DNA of 64,000 bases. Origin: Brumimicrobium ulvae (GTDB lineage Bacteria > Bacteroidota > Bacteroidia > Flavobacteriales_D > Crocinitomicaceae). The stretch is taken from assembly GCA_947504225.1 (NCBI GenBank), contig CANNGT010000003.1, forward strand, positions 56,288 to 120,287, in the 5' to 3' direction. Within the stretch, counting starts at the first letter, position 1, and every line of letters begins with the position of its first letter. Position numbers and translations under genes: made by a program. Positions 38,236 to 48,139 of this stretch are shown here, piece after piece. The notes below the pieces were generated by a model. It searched no databases. It was not told the origin of the DNA and saw nothing but the letters and a program-made list of their open reading frames with translations.

Positions 38236-41184
38236 ATGAAACACTATTTAACACTACTATTCTTATCCGTTATTACAGTTGGTTTTTCTCAAGAACATCC
38301 AAAAGTAGATTTCTCTCAACTGGATCGCAGCGGAATGAAAACCGATTTATTGCTCACTGATGTAAAGCCTTTTACAGTATTAATTGACAATGAAAGAAGA
38401 CAGTTCTCTATGTATGATTTTTCAGAGTCTTACCGAGAATTGGCCCAATCCGATTTGCTGAATCGCTTCCCAAACAGCGATAAAATTGAACAAAAAATTG
38501 AGCCTACCCTTTATAATTCCACGATTCCCATCGGGTTGATTCATACGCAATATGAACTTGTTAGTAAAGACGCTTATGATAAAGGGTGGGTAGTGATTAA
38601 GGACAATCAAATGATTAAAGACTCCAATGAATATATTTTTGATCAATATTCACAAACAATTATTTCTCCCCTTACCAAAAGAAAAAAAGGACTAAAAACA
38701 AAATTTCAAATAGACCCAGCGTTTTTTGTTAACACAACAGAGAATAACATAACACAAATAGAGGCGGATTTTGGAAATAAAGCAGGGTTTCAAAATATTT
38801 CAACTCACAATGAGGTTACTGTAAAGTACCATATAGAAGGAAAGAAGAAAATCATTTTTCGAGTACATTTTTCGAATGGTGAAATTGCAGAACGTGTCTC
38901 ATTTTTGCAAGTCGATTATTCGAATGAAGATTTATTTGAATTATTTGGATTAGCAGTTGATACCGTAACCTCTGCATACATTCCCGACTTAACCATTTAT
39001 GGTGACAGTTCTATCGCTCCAGGAAAGTGCGAATATCAGATTTTCCTCAGTGCAGACAGTATCTTTGACAAACCTATATTTATTGTTGATGGGTTTGACC
39101 CAGGAGACACCAGAGGTATTCTTTCTGTTTACAACATGCTCACTTACACCGATTCGCTTGGCGACACTTTGAACATGGGAGATTATGTGCGTCAACATGC
39201 AGAACATGATGTGGTTGTGGTAAACTTCCCTACCTATATGAATATGTATGGCGATACGATTGATGGTGGAGCTGATTATATCGAAAGAAATGCCTTAGCC
39301 TTGGTGTCGGTTATTGAAGAAATTAATAGTCTAAAAATTGGAAGTGAACAAAACGTTCTAATCGGACCAAGTATGGGGGGATTAATTACCCGTTATGCTT
39401 TGCGATATATGGAGATGAACAACCTCAGTCATGATGCGCGTCTTTGGCTTTCGTTCGACTCACCGCATCAGGGTGCCAATGTGGCAATGTATGTTCAATA
39501 TCTTGTCAACTATTTAGGGAATGGATATCCTGACATCGATGAATTAAAAGCCACAGTAGATGGATTATTACGAAGTAAAGCTGCTCAACAAATGTTGATT
39601 GATCACCTAGATGCACACGCAAGTGGAATGCCGCTCACCCAAAATGGCGCACCTGGCTATCGCAATGAATTTCAAAATCGTTTAGATTCCATAGGCTATC
39701 CTCAAGACACTCGAAATGTTTCGATGATCAATGGAAGTGGGATTGGAAATATTTTTCCAGATTTAGAGGGCAATGCAGTTTATCCAAATTACATTTCTAT
39801 GGAAGGAGACATTGATGCGGGGACTGTAATTGGAGTAATCAATACCCGATTAAAAATTAAGGCCAAGTTTATGCCCTACGCTGGTCAAGTTTCTGAAATT
39901 TTAAACGCCAAAGCGCAAACACAAGTCGTTTTTTGGGTTACTGTGAATACATATACTGCTGATGCAGAACAAAACAACAATTCAGATGGAGTAGATTCAG
40001 CACCAGGAGGCTTATTTGATGTAATCGGCTTATTAAATGATTTTGAAATTGCTCCAGAATATGATGACTTACTCCAAGATGCTTTCAGTAAAATTAATGC
40101 CGGATACTTTAACTTTATTCCAGCAACTAGTGCAATGGCTTTATATAACGAACTAGATTATTATCATTCATTTAACTTGGGAGAGGGAGATATACCTTGG
40201 GACGATACCTTAAGCACCAATACTCAAACACCTTTCGTAAATTGGTATATGCCAGATGATAATCAAATCCATTGTTTGTTGACTCCAGAAAATGTTGCAT
40301 TTGCCTTGTGTGAGATTATTGAGCCAGACTATGAATTAACAGTAACAACTGCTGATGAAATTGAAGTTTGTGAAGGTCAAAGTTTCAATACAAACATGAA
40401 CTTTGAAGTCACCTTAGGCTGTTTTCAAATTGCTCATTTCGAAGTTACAGGAAACCCGACAGGCAGTTTAGCAGAACTTAATCACAATGAACTCATGGCA
40501 GATGGAACACTTACATTACATTGCGAAGATTTCCCTCCTGGAAGTTATACTTTGCTCATTATTCCAAATGGAAAAACAAATAAAGCGGCAGAAATTTCTG
40601 TAGTTGTTCACGAAAACATTCCTGATTTGACTGGAACAACAGAATACAGCTTAGATGGAGGCATAACTTTTAATCAAGCGGATAGTGTTGTGGTTGATGA
40701 AAGCACAAATATCAATTTAAGCTTACCTCTTGAGATGAGTATAGGAACTGTTGAGTGGTTTGATCCATCTGGAATTTCATGGGGAAGTAATCCATTGATT
40801 GAAGACATCCAACTTCAGAGTATTGAAGAAGGGACATGGACTGCAGTAATTACATCTCCATACAATTGTAATGTTTATAACGTCCCTACTGTTATTGAAT
40901 TTAAAATAATTGTTAGAGAAATATTATCTCTTAAAACACTTGATGTAGAAAGCATAAAAGTCTATCCTAATCCAAGTCAAGATTTAATTACCATTGAAGG
41001 ACTGCCTAAAAATGGAGACCTTCATATTGAAGTTATTAATGAAATAGGACAAGTTATTCAAAGTAAAACCTATAATTCAGTAGGAAGTTTAACTATTGAT
41101 CTGCAAAATGTATCGAGTGGGAATTATCAAATTAGAATCGAAACAGAGGGAGAAACTTTTCATCAGAAAATCGTTAAATTATAA
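38236..41184 (+). CDS. T9SS (type A CTD) cargo with a lipase-like alpha/beta-hydrolase domain
   Basis: Signal peptide; VDGFDPGD, IGPSMGG nucleophile elbow, DSPHQGAN; C-terminal KVYPNPS...GNYQIRI...KIVKL. Confidence 0.85.
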   Translation: MKHYLTLLFLSVITVGFSQEHPKVDFSQLDRSGMKTDLLLTDVKPFTVLIDNERRQFSMYDFSESYRELAQSDLLNRFPNSDKIEQKIEPTLYNSTIPIGLIHTQYELVSKDAYDKGWVVIKDNQMIKDSNEYIFDQYSQTIISPLTKRKKGLKTKFQIDPAFFVNTTENNITQIEADFGNKAGFQNISTHNEVTVKYHIEGKKKIIFRVHFSNGEIAERVSFLQVDYSNEDLFELFGLAVDTVTSAYIPDLTIYGDSSIAPGKCEYQIFLSADSIFDKPIFIVDGFDPGDTRGILSVYNMLTYTDSLGDTLNMGDYVRQHAEHDVVVVNFPTYMNMYGDTIDGGADYIERNALALVSVIEEINSLKIGSEQNVLIGPSMGGLITRYALRYMEMNNLSHDARLWLSFDSPHQGANVAMYVQYLVNYLGNGYPDIDELKATVDGLLRSKAAQQMLIDHLDAHASGMPLTQNGAPGYRNEFQNRLDSIGYPQDTRNVSMINGSGIGNIFPDLEGNAVYPNYISMEGDIDAGTVIGVINTRLKIKAKFMPYAGQVSEILNAKAQTQVVFWVTVNTYTADAEQNNNSDGVDSAPGGLFDVIGLLNDFEIAPEYDDLLQDAFSKINAGYFNFIPATSAMALYNELDYYHSFNLGEGDIPWDDTLSTNTQTPFVNWYMPDDNQIHCLLTPENVAFALCEIIEPDYELTVTTADEIEVCEGQSFNTNMNFEVTLGCFQIAHFEVTGNPTGSLAELNHNELMADGTLTLHCEDFPPGSYTLLIIPNGKTNKAAEISVVVHENIPDLTGTTEYSLDGGITFNQADSVVVDESTNINLSLPLEMSIGTVEWFDPSGISWGSNPLIEDIQLQSIEEGTWTAVITSPYNCNVYNVPTVIEFKIIVREILSLKTLDVESIKVYPNPSQDLITIEGLPKNGDLHIEVINEIGQVIQSKTYNSVGSLTIDLQNVSSGNYQIRIETEGETFHQKIVKL

Positions 41185-41273
41185 ATGGTTCGAATGATTT
41201 TGAACTTAAGCTTTGACCATATTGAGTGGTACAACAAGAAATACGCCTTTGTAACACAAAGTATAAAACACAG

Positions 41274-41303
41274 AAAAAGCGAAATCAACTGATTTCGCTT
41301 TTT
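41274..41303. terminator. Bidirectional intrinsic terminator between convergent genes
   Basis: AAAAAGCGAAATCA-AC-TGATTTCGCTTTTT. Confidence 0.8.
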
Positions 41304-41352
41304 TAATTCATGATTGATTATTTACTTCGCTGAGGGCTAAAGCCGTTTCTCA

Positions 41353-42312
41353 TTATTTTATCAATCCAATCTCTCTTAATCTTTGCATTAAATATTCACC
41401 AGCAGTGATGTCTTCATATGCTTTAGGATTTTCTTCATCAATACAAGAAGGCAAACAATCTAAACGCATATCTGATCTTGGATGCAAGAAGAAAGGTACA
41501 GAGTATCTGCTTGTTCCCAAATTTTCTTTTGATGGATTAATTACACGGTGTGTTGTCGATTTTAATTTATTGTTGGTTAAACGTTGTAACATATCTCCAA
41601 CATTTACAACAATATGGTCTTCAATAGAAGTTACAGAAACCCATTCATTTTGTTTGTTCAAGACTTGTAAACCATCTGCTGAAGCTCCAACCAATAATGT
41701 AATCAAGTTGATGTCTTCATGTTCTCCTGCACGTACAGCTCCTTCTTCAATTTCACCTGTTATTGGTGGATAATGAATAGGGCGTAAAATACTGTTTCCA
41801 TTGTGGATATGCTCGTTGAAGTAAGTCTCTTCTAATCCAAGGTGAAGTGCAATCGCACGTAATAAGTGTCTTCCAGCATCTTCAAAAGCTTTGTACGAAG
41901 CTTTTCCTACTTTTAGAAATTCAGGCTGCTCCTCAACATTCACGTTTTCAGGATATTGTTCACCAATTGGGTCATTGTCTTCAACAAATTGACCAAAGTG
42001 CCAGAATTCTTTCAAATCTCCAGCCGTTTTCCCTTTGGCATGTTCTGTTCCAAAAGGAGTATATCCTCGCTGACCTCCTATTCCAGGTATGTTATACTTA
42101 TTCTTGATGGCTTCATCTTGACCAAAGAAAATTTTCATTTGATCATATAATTCGTCAATTAATTCTTGCGAAATACCATGGTTTTTAACGGCTACAAAAC
42201 CAATACCTTCATAGGCAGCACCTAATTCATCTATAAACTTCTGTTGGGCTTTTTTATCTCCTGATAAAAACTCAGATAAATCAACAGAAGGAATACCTTG
42301 TGGATTACTCAT
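41353..42312 (-). CDS. Isopenicillin N synthase-like 2OG-Fe(II) oxygenase
   Basis: IPSVDL, GQRGY, HEDINLITLL (HxD), STTHRV (His), RYSVPFF (RxS). Confidence 0.9.
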   Translation of the reverse strand: MSNPQGIPSVDLSEFLSGDKKAQQKFIDELGAAYEGIGFVAVKNHGISQELIDELYDQMKIFFGQDEAIKNKYNIPGIGGQRGYTPFGTEHAKGKTAGDLKEFWHFGQFVEDNDPIGEQYPENVNVEEQPEFLKVGKASYKAFEDAGRHLLRAIALHLGLEETYFNEHIHNGNSILRPIHYPPITGEIEEGAVRAGEHEDINLITLLVGASADGLQVLNKQNEWVSVTSIEDHIVVNVGDMLQRLTNNKLKSTTHRVINPSKENLGTSRYSVPFFLHPRSDMRLDCLPSCIDEENPKAYEDITAGEYLMQRLREIGLIK

Positions 42313-42384
42313 AATATCATTGTTTTTAACAAAAATAGCAATATTTATTTTATATACTATTCTCAGATCGATGTTGAGAAAAGG

Positions 42385-42651
42385 TCAGTCTTTTGGATTG
42401 TTTTTCTGTTCAATATACGCTTTGGCCGCTTTGAATTGAGCTTCAAATTCTTCTTCGTTACTCAGTTGATACATTTCCATTTCTGAAGCAAGCATATCTT
42501 GAATTTGTAATTGTTCGAAATACTTCTTGGCATGAACAATATGAACCAAAAAACGTTTACCTACTAATTGAACTTCTTCAAATGTAGTTGCTGAAGTTAC
42601 TTTGTAGAAAGACTTATTGTCAAATCGTTTTCTATATTGTGGAAAGTCCAT
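42385..42651 (-). CDS. Conserved hypothetical protein
   Basis: 88 aa (MDFPQYRKRFDNKSFYKV...FEEVQLVG). Confidence 0.7.
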   Translation of the reverse strand: MDFPQYRKRFDNKSFYKVTSATTFEEVQLVGKRFLVHIVHAKKYFEQLQIQDMLASEMEMYQLSNEEEFEAQFKAAKAYIEQKNNPKD

Positions 42652-42679
42652 AAATTTGTATCATTAATTGAGAACACAA

Positions 42680-43360
42680 ATGTATATTAATTCAGAACAT
42701 AAAAAAGCACAAGAGCTGTTGGATGAGCAAAAGTTTGAGAAATCGCTGATTGCTTTTAACAAGGCTTTAAAATTAAATCCAAATCATCCTGATATCTTAT
42801 CTCACAGAGGAGTGCTTCATTTGCATATGAATCAAAAGAAAAAGTGTTTTGATGACCTTGAACTTTCTTTGAGATTGGACAAGGATTATAGCTACAGATA
42901 CGCCGCTTTGGCTTATGCCAAAGACTACTTCGGTGATTTAGATGCGGCCATCGAACTATATGAAAAAGCAGTGCAGGTAGACCCTGAAGACGCTATTTCT
43001 CACAACAACCTTGGTTTACTTATGGAAAAACGCGGATACCAAAAGAAAGCCAAAGAAAACTTTGAAAAAGCAGACCGTTTAGCAGAAATTCATGAAGGAA
43101 TGCTCAACAAAATGGATGAACTTGAAAAGCAAGAAGAAAGTTTCAATAAAGAAAATACAAAAGCAAATGAAGAAAAATCAAACCCTCTTCCTAAACCAGG
43201 TTCATTAAACATTCCAAAAGGTGAGCCTTTGCAGCCTAAAAAGTTAAAACCTGATGCTCAGCAAACTTTCGGACAAGTGTCTAAAGATTTGGTTACAAAA
43301 AAGAGTGTTTTTAAAGAATTTATAGGGTTTGTTAAAAATGGATTTAAACTAAAGGAATGA
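42680..43360 (+). CDS. Tetratricopeptide-repeat protein
   Basis: FNKALKLNPNHP, YEKAVQVDPEDAISHNNLG; ATG 42680; TAAATTTG -7 box at 42651-42658; overlaps nth (ATGA). Confidence 0.8.
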   Translation: MYINSEHKKAQELLDEQKFEKSLIAFNKALKLNPNHPDILSHRGVLHLHMNQKKKCFDDLELSLRLDKDYSYRYAALAYAKDYFGDLDAAIELYEKAVQVDPEDAISHNNLGLLMEKRGYQKKAKENFEKADRLAEIHEGMLNKMDELEKQEESFNKENTKANEEKSNPLPKPGSLNIPKGEPLQPKKLKPDAQQTFGQVSKDLVTKKSVFKEFIGFVKNGFKLKE

Positions 43361-44004
43361 CCAAAAAAGAGAAAGCAGAATTTATTATGGAAGAATTGGA
43401 CAAGGTGTACCCTACAACTCCAGTTCCTCTTGATCATAAAGATCCATATACTTTATTAATTGCGGTGTTGCTATCTGCTCAATGTACAGATGTTCGTGTC
43501 AATAAAATAACGCCTTATCTTTTTGCCAAAGCTGACAATCCTTACGATATGGTTAAGCTTTCTGTTGAAGAAATTCGTGAAATCATAAAACCTTGCGGAT
43601 TATCTCCTAGAAAATCAAAAGCCATTCATGAACTTTCGCAAATATTAATTGACAAACATGATGGTGTTGTACCTGACAACTACGAAGATTTAGAATTCTT
43701 ACCCGGTGTTGGACACAAAACTGCAGCTGTGGTGATGTCAAAAGCCTTTGGTATTCCTGCATTTCCAGTTGACACACACATTCATAGATTATTGTATAGA
43801 TGGGGAATTTCGAACGGAAAAAGTGTAGAACAAACAGAAAAAGATGCGAAGAAAGTGTTTCCTAAAGAAAAGTGGAACAAATTACATTTGCAAATCATCT
43901 TTTATGGACGAAGTCATTCTCCTGCAAGAAGTCCAAAGTTAAGTGTAGATTATATTACGGAGGCGATTGGAACGAAGAAGGTGTTGAAAGATTATAAACC
44001 TTAG
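43357..44004 (+). CDS. nth: Endonuclease III (no C-terminal 4Fe-4S cysteines)
   Basis: LLIAVLLSAQCTDVRVN, LPGVGHKTA (HhH Lys), VDTHIHR (Asp). Confidence 0.93.
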   Translation: MTKKEKAEFIMEELDKVYPTTPVPLDHKDPYTLLIAVLLSAQCTDVRVNKITPYLFAKADNPYDMVKLSVEEIREIIKPCGLSPRKSKAIHELSQILIDKHDGVVPDNYEDLEFLPGVGHKTAAVVMSKAFGIPAFPVDTHIHRLLYRWGISNGKSVEQTEKDAKKVFPKEKWNKLHLQIIFYGRSHSPARSPKLSVDYITEAIGTKKVLKDYKP

Positions 44005-44009
44005 TTAAT

Positions 44010-44038
44010 GATGAGTGATGAATTATGAATGTTGAATT
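44010..44038. repeat. Heptamer array, left arm ((G/T)ATGAAT x4)
   Basis: GATGAGT-GATGAAT-TATGAAT-GTTGAAT directly before the IS3 left end. Confidence 0.7.
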
Positions 44039-44670
44039 TGTCATTCCCTGATATAGGTTGACCGTTTTAAAACACAAATAACATGTTGAAAAACGGAAAG
44101 AGAGTGAGGCGATATATGTGGGGTAGATAAACTATACAGAACCCTCAAGCCAGCGTGAATGGGAAGAGATAAGTTCTGTGATGTTTTTATGAATTTAGGT
44201 TATGGTATTCGAAGAATCAAAAACTACAGAAGAACAACAACGCCAACTCATCTAAATTATCCTAATTTAATTGAAGGCATGAGGGTTCATGCTCCATACC
44301 AAGTCCTTCAGAGCGATATAACTTACTTTGATTTAGGGACAGAACTCTATTACATTGTGTTTATCATTGATGTTTATACCAAGGAGGTTCTAGGCTACAG
44401 CGTAGGTGATAATATGAGAAAAGAGGCCAATATAAAGGCTATGAAAATGGCTTTAAAAGGTATAGCACCTGAACAAAGAGAGAAGATGATACATCATTAT
44501 AACTCTACAAAGGAACCATAATAATCTGATTAATGATTATTCTCCTTTAGAGTTTAAAGAAAAATTAGTAAATTTAAGTCCCCAAGAGAAGAACCTCTGG
44601 GGCATAATTGTCCGATTGGAATAAATTAAGAATATTAACCAAAGCGGTCAACGCTATTTAGGGAAGTACA
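44039..44670 (+). mobile_element. Non-autonomous, internally deleted IS3-family element (632 bp)
   Basis: Imperfect 30-bp terminal IRs: TGTCATTCCCTGATATAGGTTGACCGTTTT versus the reverse complement of the right end, TGTACTTCCCTAAATAGCGTTGACCGCTTT. Contains an OrfA start (MLKNGKRVRRY, 44083) and an OrfB fragment with rve motifs (QSDITY, FIIDVYTKEVLGY, MIHH) plus an in-frame TGA at 44156. Confidence 0.85.
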
Positions 44671-44672
44671 TC

Positions 44673-44710
44673 ATTCATAATTCATCATTCATAATTCATC
44701 ATTCATAATT
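44673..44710. repeat. Heptamer array, right arm (ATTCAT(A/C) x5)
   Basis: ATTCATA-ATTCATC-ATTCATA-ATTCATC-ATTCATA, the reverse complement of the left-arm units. Confidence 0.8.
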
Positions 44711-44729
44711 AAATCCTTATCTTTCCGTC

Positions 44730-45650
44730 ATGGCTGAACAAATTAACCGTGAGTATTTAGAGCAGTTTGGGAACCTTGAGGTTCTTGCTAAACAAATTGT
44801 TGAAGGCTTTATTACCGGGCTTCACAAGAGTCCTTTTCATGGATTTTCTGTTGAATTTGCTGAACATCGATTATACAACTCTGGTGAGTCTACAAAACAC
44901 GTAGATTGGAAGTTGTATGCCCGAACAGAAAAGCTATTCACCAAAAAGTATGAAGAAGAAACGAACTTGCGTTGTCAATTTGTTTTAGATGCTTCCAGTT
45001 CAATGTATTTTCAGCAAGAAGACAATTGGTCTAAATTAAAATACAGTATTTACGGAATTGCTGCTTTAATGGAATTACTCAAACGTCAACGTGATGCAGT
45101 AGGACTTTCTGTTTTTACCGATGAGTTAGATTTGCATACAGAAAACAAATCATCTAATATTCATCACCGCTATATTTACGCCGAATTGGAAAAACTATTG
45201 CACCAATACGATGCAAAAGAGGTCAAAACAACAGAGGCCGTTCAAGTACTTCACGATATCGCCGAATTGTGTAAACGTAGAAGTTTAATCGTTGTCTTTT
45301 CTGACATGTTGAATGATCCTGAAAATAAAGACAAACTTTTTGAAGCGCTTCAGCATTTGAAACACAATAAACACGAAGTGATTTTATTTCATGTAGTGGA
45401 CAAGAAAAAAGAACTGGACTTTCAGTTTGAAAATCGGCCTTACACTTTGGTGGATATGGAAACTGGTGAACATATGAAGTTAGTTCCTGGAGAAGTAAAA
45501 GACCATTATACTAAACAAGTTGCTGAATACTTTAAAGAATTAGAGCAGAAATGTGGCGCTTACGGCATTGATTTTCATGAGTTGGATACCAATCAGCCTT
45601 TGAATGAATTGTTGGTGCAGTTTTTAGCAAAAAGAGGAAAAATGAGGTAA
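44730..45650 (+). CDS. DUF58 domain protein (vWA-like, MoxR-associated)
   Basis: GLHKSPFHGFSVEFAEHR, DWKLYART, YEEETNL, DASSSM. Confidence 0.92.
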   Translation: MAEQINREYLEQFGNLEVLAKQIVEGFITGLHKSPFHGFSVEFAEHRLYNSGESTKHVDWKLYARTEKLFTKKYEEETNLRCQFVLDASSSMYFQQEDNWSKLKYSIYGIAALMELLKRQRDAVGLSVFTDELDLHTENKSSNIHHRYIYAELEKLLHQYDAKEVKTTEAVQVLHDIAELCKRRSLIVVFSDMLNDPENKDKLFEALQHLKHNKHEVILFHVVDKKKELDFQFENRPYTLVDMETGEHMKLVPGEVKDHYTKQVAEYFKELEQKCGAYGIDFHELDTNQPLNELLVQFLAKRGKMR

Positions 45651-45728
45651 CATTTCTTTTTTGTATTACTCACCCTCGTCTGTTTTCAAAGCGTTCATGA
45701 GCTCCCTGCGGTCGGTTGACCATAAAAG

Positions 45729-45761
45729 AAAAAAAAGTCCCAACATTACTGCTGAGACTTT
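45729..45761 (-). terminator. Intrinsic terminator after pdhB
   Basis: Minus strand AAAGTCTCAGC-AGTAAT-GTTGGGACTTTTTTTT. Confidence 0.7.
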
Positions 45762-45782
45762 CCTAAGTGTATTCTAAAAATA

Positions 45783-46763
45783 TTAATTTCTATACAAAGT
45801 AGCTTTCACCGCTTTTATAATTCTATCTACATTCGGCAATGCTTCTTCCATTAAAGTTGGAGAGAATGGGAATGGTGTATCTGATTGCGTCACTCTCATT
45901 ACTGGCGCATCCAAATAATCGAAAGCATAACGTTGTAAATGATACGCCATTTCAGATGAAATTGACGCCAAAGGCCAAGACTCTTCAACCACCACACAAC
46001 GGTTTGTTTTTTTAATCGACTCTACAACAGTTCCATAATCGATTGGACGAACAGTACGTAAATCAATTACTTCACACTCGATTCCTTCCTTTTGTAATTC
46101 ATCTGCAGCTTTATAGGCTTCTTTGATGATTTTACCGAAAGAAACGATCGTCACATCCTTTCCTTTTCTTTTTACATCAGCTAATCCAATTGGAATAAGG
46201 TATTCTCCTTCTGGAATTTCACCCTTATCTCCATACATTTTTTCAGACTCAAAGAAAACAACAGGGTCTTCATCACGAATTGCTGACTTCAACAAGCCTT
46301 TAGCATCTGCTGGATTTGATGGCGTTACTGCTTTTAACCCTGGAAAGTGTGCATACATGGATTCAAAAGACTGAGAATGTGTTGCTGCTAATTGTCCTGC
46401 AGTTCCATTTCCTCCTCTAAAAACGATTGGGCAATGGTATTGACCACCTGACATTTGCAACATTTTTGCGGCACTATTAATAATTTGATCAGCGGCCAAG
46501 ATGGCGAAGTTCCAAGTCATGAATTCTACGATCGGTCTCAATCCATTCATTGAGGCTCCTACCGCGATACCGGCAAATCCGAGCTCTGCAATTGGCGTGT
46601 CAATGACACGTTTTGCACCAAACTCATCCAACATTCCTTGTGAAACTTTATACGCACCGTTATATTCGGCTACTTCTTCACCCATTAAAAATACATTCTC
46701 ATCACGACGCATTTCTTCTGACATCGCTTCCCTTAGGGCTTCTCTAAATTGAACTGTCTTCAT
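45783..46763 (-). CDS. pdhB: Pyruvate dehydrogenase E1 component beta subunit
   Basis: Start at ATG 46763 (MKTVQFREAL); GEEVAEYNGAYK, DTPIAE, HSQ, DLRTVRP; TACTTTTG -7 box at 46799-46792. Confidence 0.93.
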   Translation of the reverse strand: MKTVQFREALREAMSEEMRRDENVFLMGEEVAEYNGAYKVSQGMLDEFGAKRVIDTPIAELGFAGIAVGASMNGLRPIVEFMTWNFAILAADQIINSAAKMLQMSGGQYHCPIVFRGGNGTAGQLAATHSQSFESMYAHFPGLKAVTPSNPADAKGLLKSAIRDEDPVVFFESEKMYGDKGEIPEGEYLIPIGLADVKRKGKDVTIVSFGKIIKEAYKAADELQKEGIECEVIDLRTVRPIDYGTVVESIKKTNRCVVVEESWPLASISSEMAYHLQRYAFDYLDAPVMRVTQSDTPFPFSPTLMEEALPNVDRIIKAVKATLYRN

Positions 46764-46942
46764 TATTAAAGTCTTATATTTTCCTTTTATACAAAAGTAA
46801 ATTGAAGTGGTAAAACTAAGAAATTTTGTATTGAACCATATAGAAACATCATCTTTTTTCTTTAATTTCAATCCGAATGAATAGAATCACTTATTTTTAT
46901 CGTTAATTGTACAAGAAATTAAAATTTAATACAGCTTATATC

Positions 46943-47914
46943 ATGAAAAAAATTGGAATACTCACATCAGGTGGAGACGCACCAGGAATGAACGCAGCAA
47001 TTCGTGCCATTACAAAATCGGCCATGCATTATGGAATTCAAACCGTGGGTATTCGTGATGGATTTGAAGGACTGATGAAAGGTAGGTTTATCAATATGAA
47101 ATACACTGATGTTGACAATATCATTCAACGAGGTGGAACCCTATTAGGATCTGCTCGATGTATAGAATTCAAAGACAAAGAAGCCCGAAAAAGCGCAGTC
47201 CAAAATGTAAAAGATGCGGGAATCGAAGGATTAATAGTTATCGGTGGTGATGGCTCATTTCGCGGTGCACATGTACTAGCTCAAGAAGTGAACATTCCAG
47301 TGATTGGCTTACCCGGAACAATTGACAATGACTTATATGGAACAGAGGCCACCATTGGATACGATACTGCACTCAATACAATCGTTTCGGCTATTGATAA
47401 CATTCGAGATACAGCCTCCTCGCATAAACGCGTATTCTTTGTTGAAGTTATGGGACGAAATTCAGGGTTCTTGGCCTTAAACTCTGCTATTGCTTCAGGT
47501 GCTGAATCTGTACTCATCCCAGAAACAATCACCGATATAAAAGCATTGGCTGAACAACTTAGAACTCAAAACAAAGGACGCCGAAGTAGTATTGTTATTG
47601 TTGCAGAAGGAGATGAAGAAGGAGGAGCTATGGACATCATGCGAAAAATCCAACCACACCTAGAAGATTTCAGGTTACGCACAACCATTTTAGGTCATAT
47701 TCAACGAGGTGGCTCTCCCTCCTATTTTGACAGAGCATTGGCTACACGTTCTGGAGTGATGGCTGTAGAATTGCTAATGAAAGGCATCTCAAATAAAATG
47801 GTAGGCATCAAAGCCGATGAATTAATCACAGTTGATTTAAAAGACGCCATTGAAAAACACGCCATTCCAAATCTGGAAAAAGAGGATATTTTGAAGAAGT
47901 TGTTAACGAAGTAA
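46943..47914 (+). CDS. pfkA: ATP-dependent 6-phosphofructokinase
   Basis: Start at ATG 46943; LTSGGDAPGMNA, GGDGS, PGTIDND, EVMGR, LGHIQRGG. Confidence 0.96.
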   Translation: MKKIGILTSGGDAPGMNAAIRAITKSAMHYGIQTVGIRDGFEGLMKGRFINMKYTDVDNIIQRGGTLLGSARCIEFKDKEARKSAVQNVKDAGIEGLIVIGGDGSFRGAHVLAQEVNIPVIGLPGTIDNDLYGTEATIGYDTALNTIVSAIDNIRDTASSHKRVFFVEVMGRNSGFLALNSAIASGAESVLIPETITDIKALAEQLRTQNKGRRSSIVIVAEGDEEGGAMDIMRKIQPHLEDFRLRTTILGHIQRGGSPSYFDRALATRSGVMAVELLMKGISNKMVGIKADELITVDLKDAIEKHAIPNLEKEDILKKLLTK

Positions 47915-48139
47915 ATTAAATTTTTTTATTTTTTTTTTAGAAGTGATCTAATATTACAAACTATTGATAAACACTGTAATTATTGAGATTAAAACTCAGC
48001 TGATGACTACATATACATCGGTTATACCAATGTTCTTTCAAAATAACATTCTTGTTTTACAACCGTTTTACCTAAATTGTACTTTGAAAGCTACAGATGA
48101 TTATTTGATATTATCTGTTTCAAATAAAAATTTCTATTT

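Noticed and set aside
44159-44521. Functional IS3 transposase
   Set aside because: In-frame stop upstream, OrfA nearly absent, and the DDE triad incomplete.
44671-44710. CRISPR array
   Set aside because: Contiguous 7/14-bp tandem units without unique spacers, and no cas genes.
45690-45720. Separate element at GCTCCCTGCGGTCG after the DUF58 gene
   Set aside because: A single 14-nt fragment with no partner in the window; too little to call.
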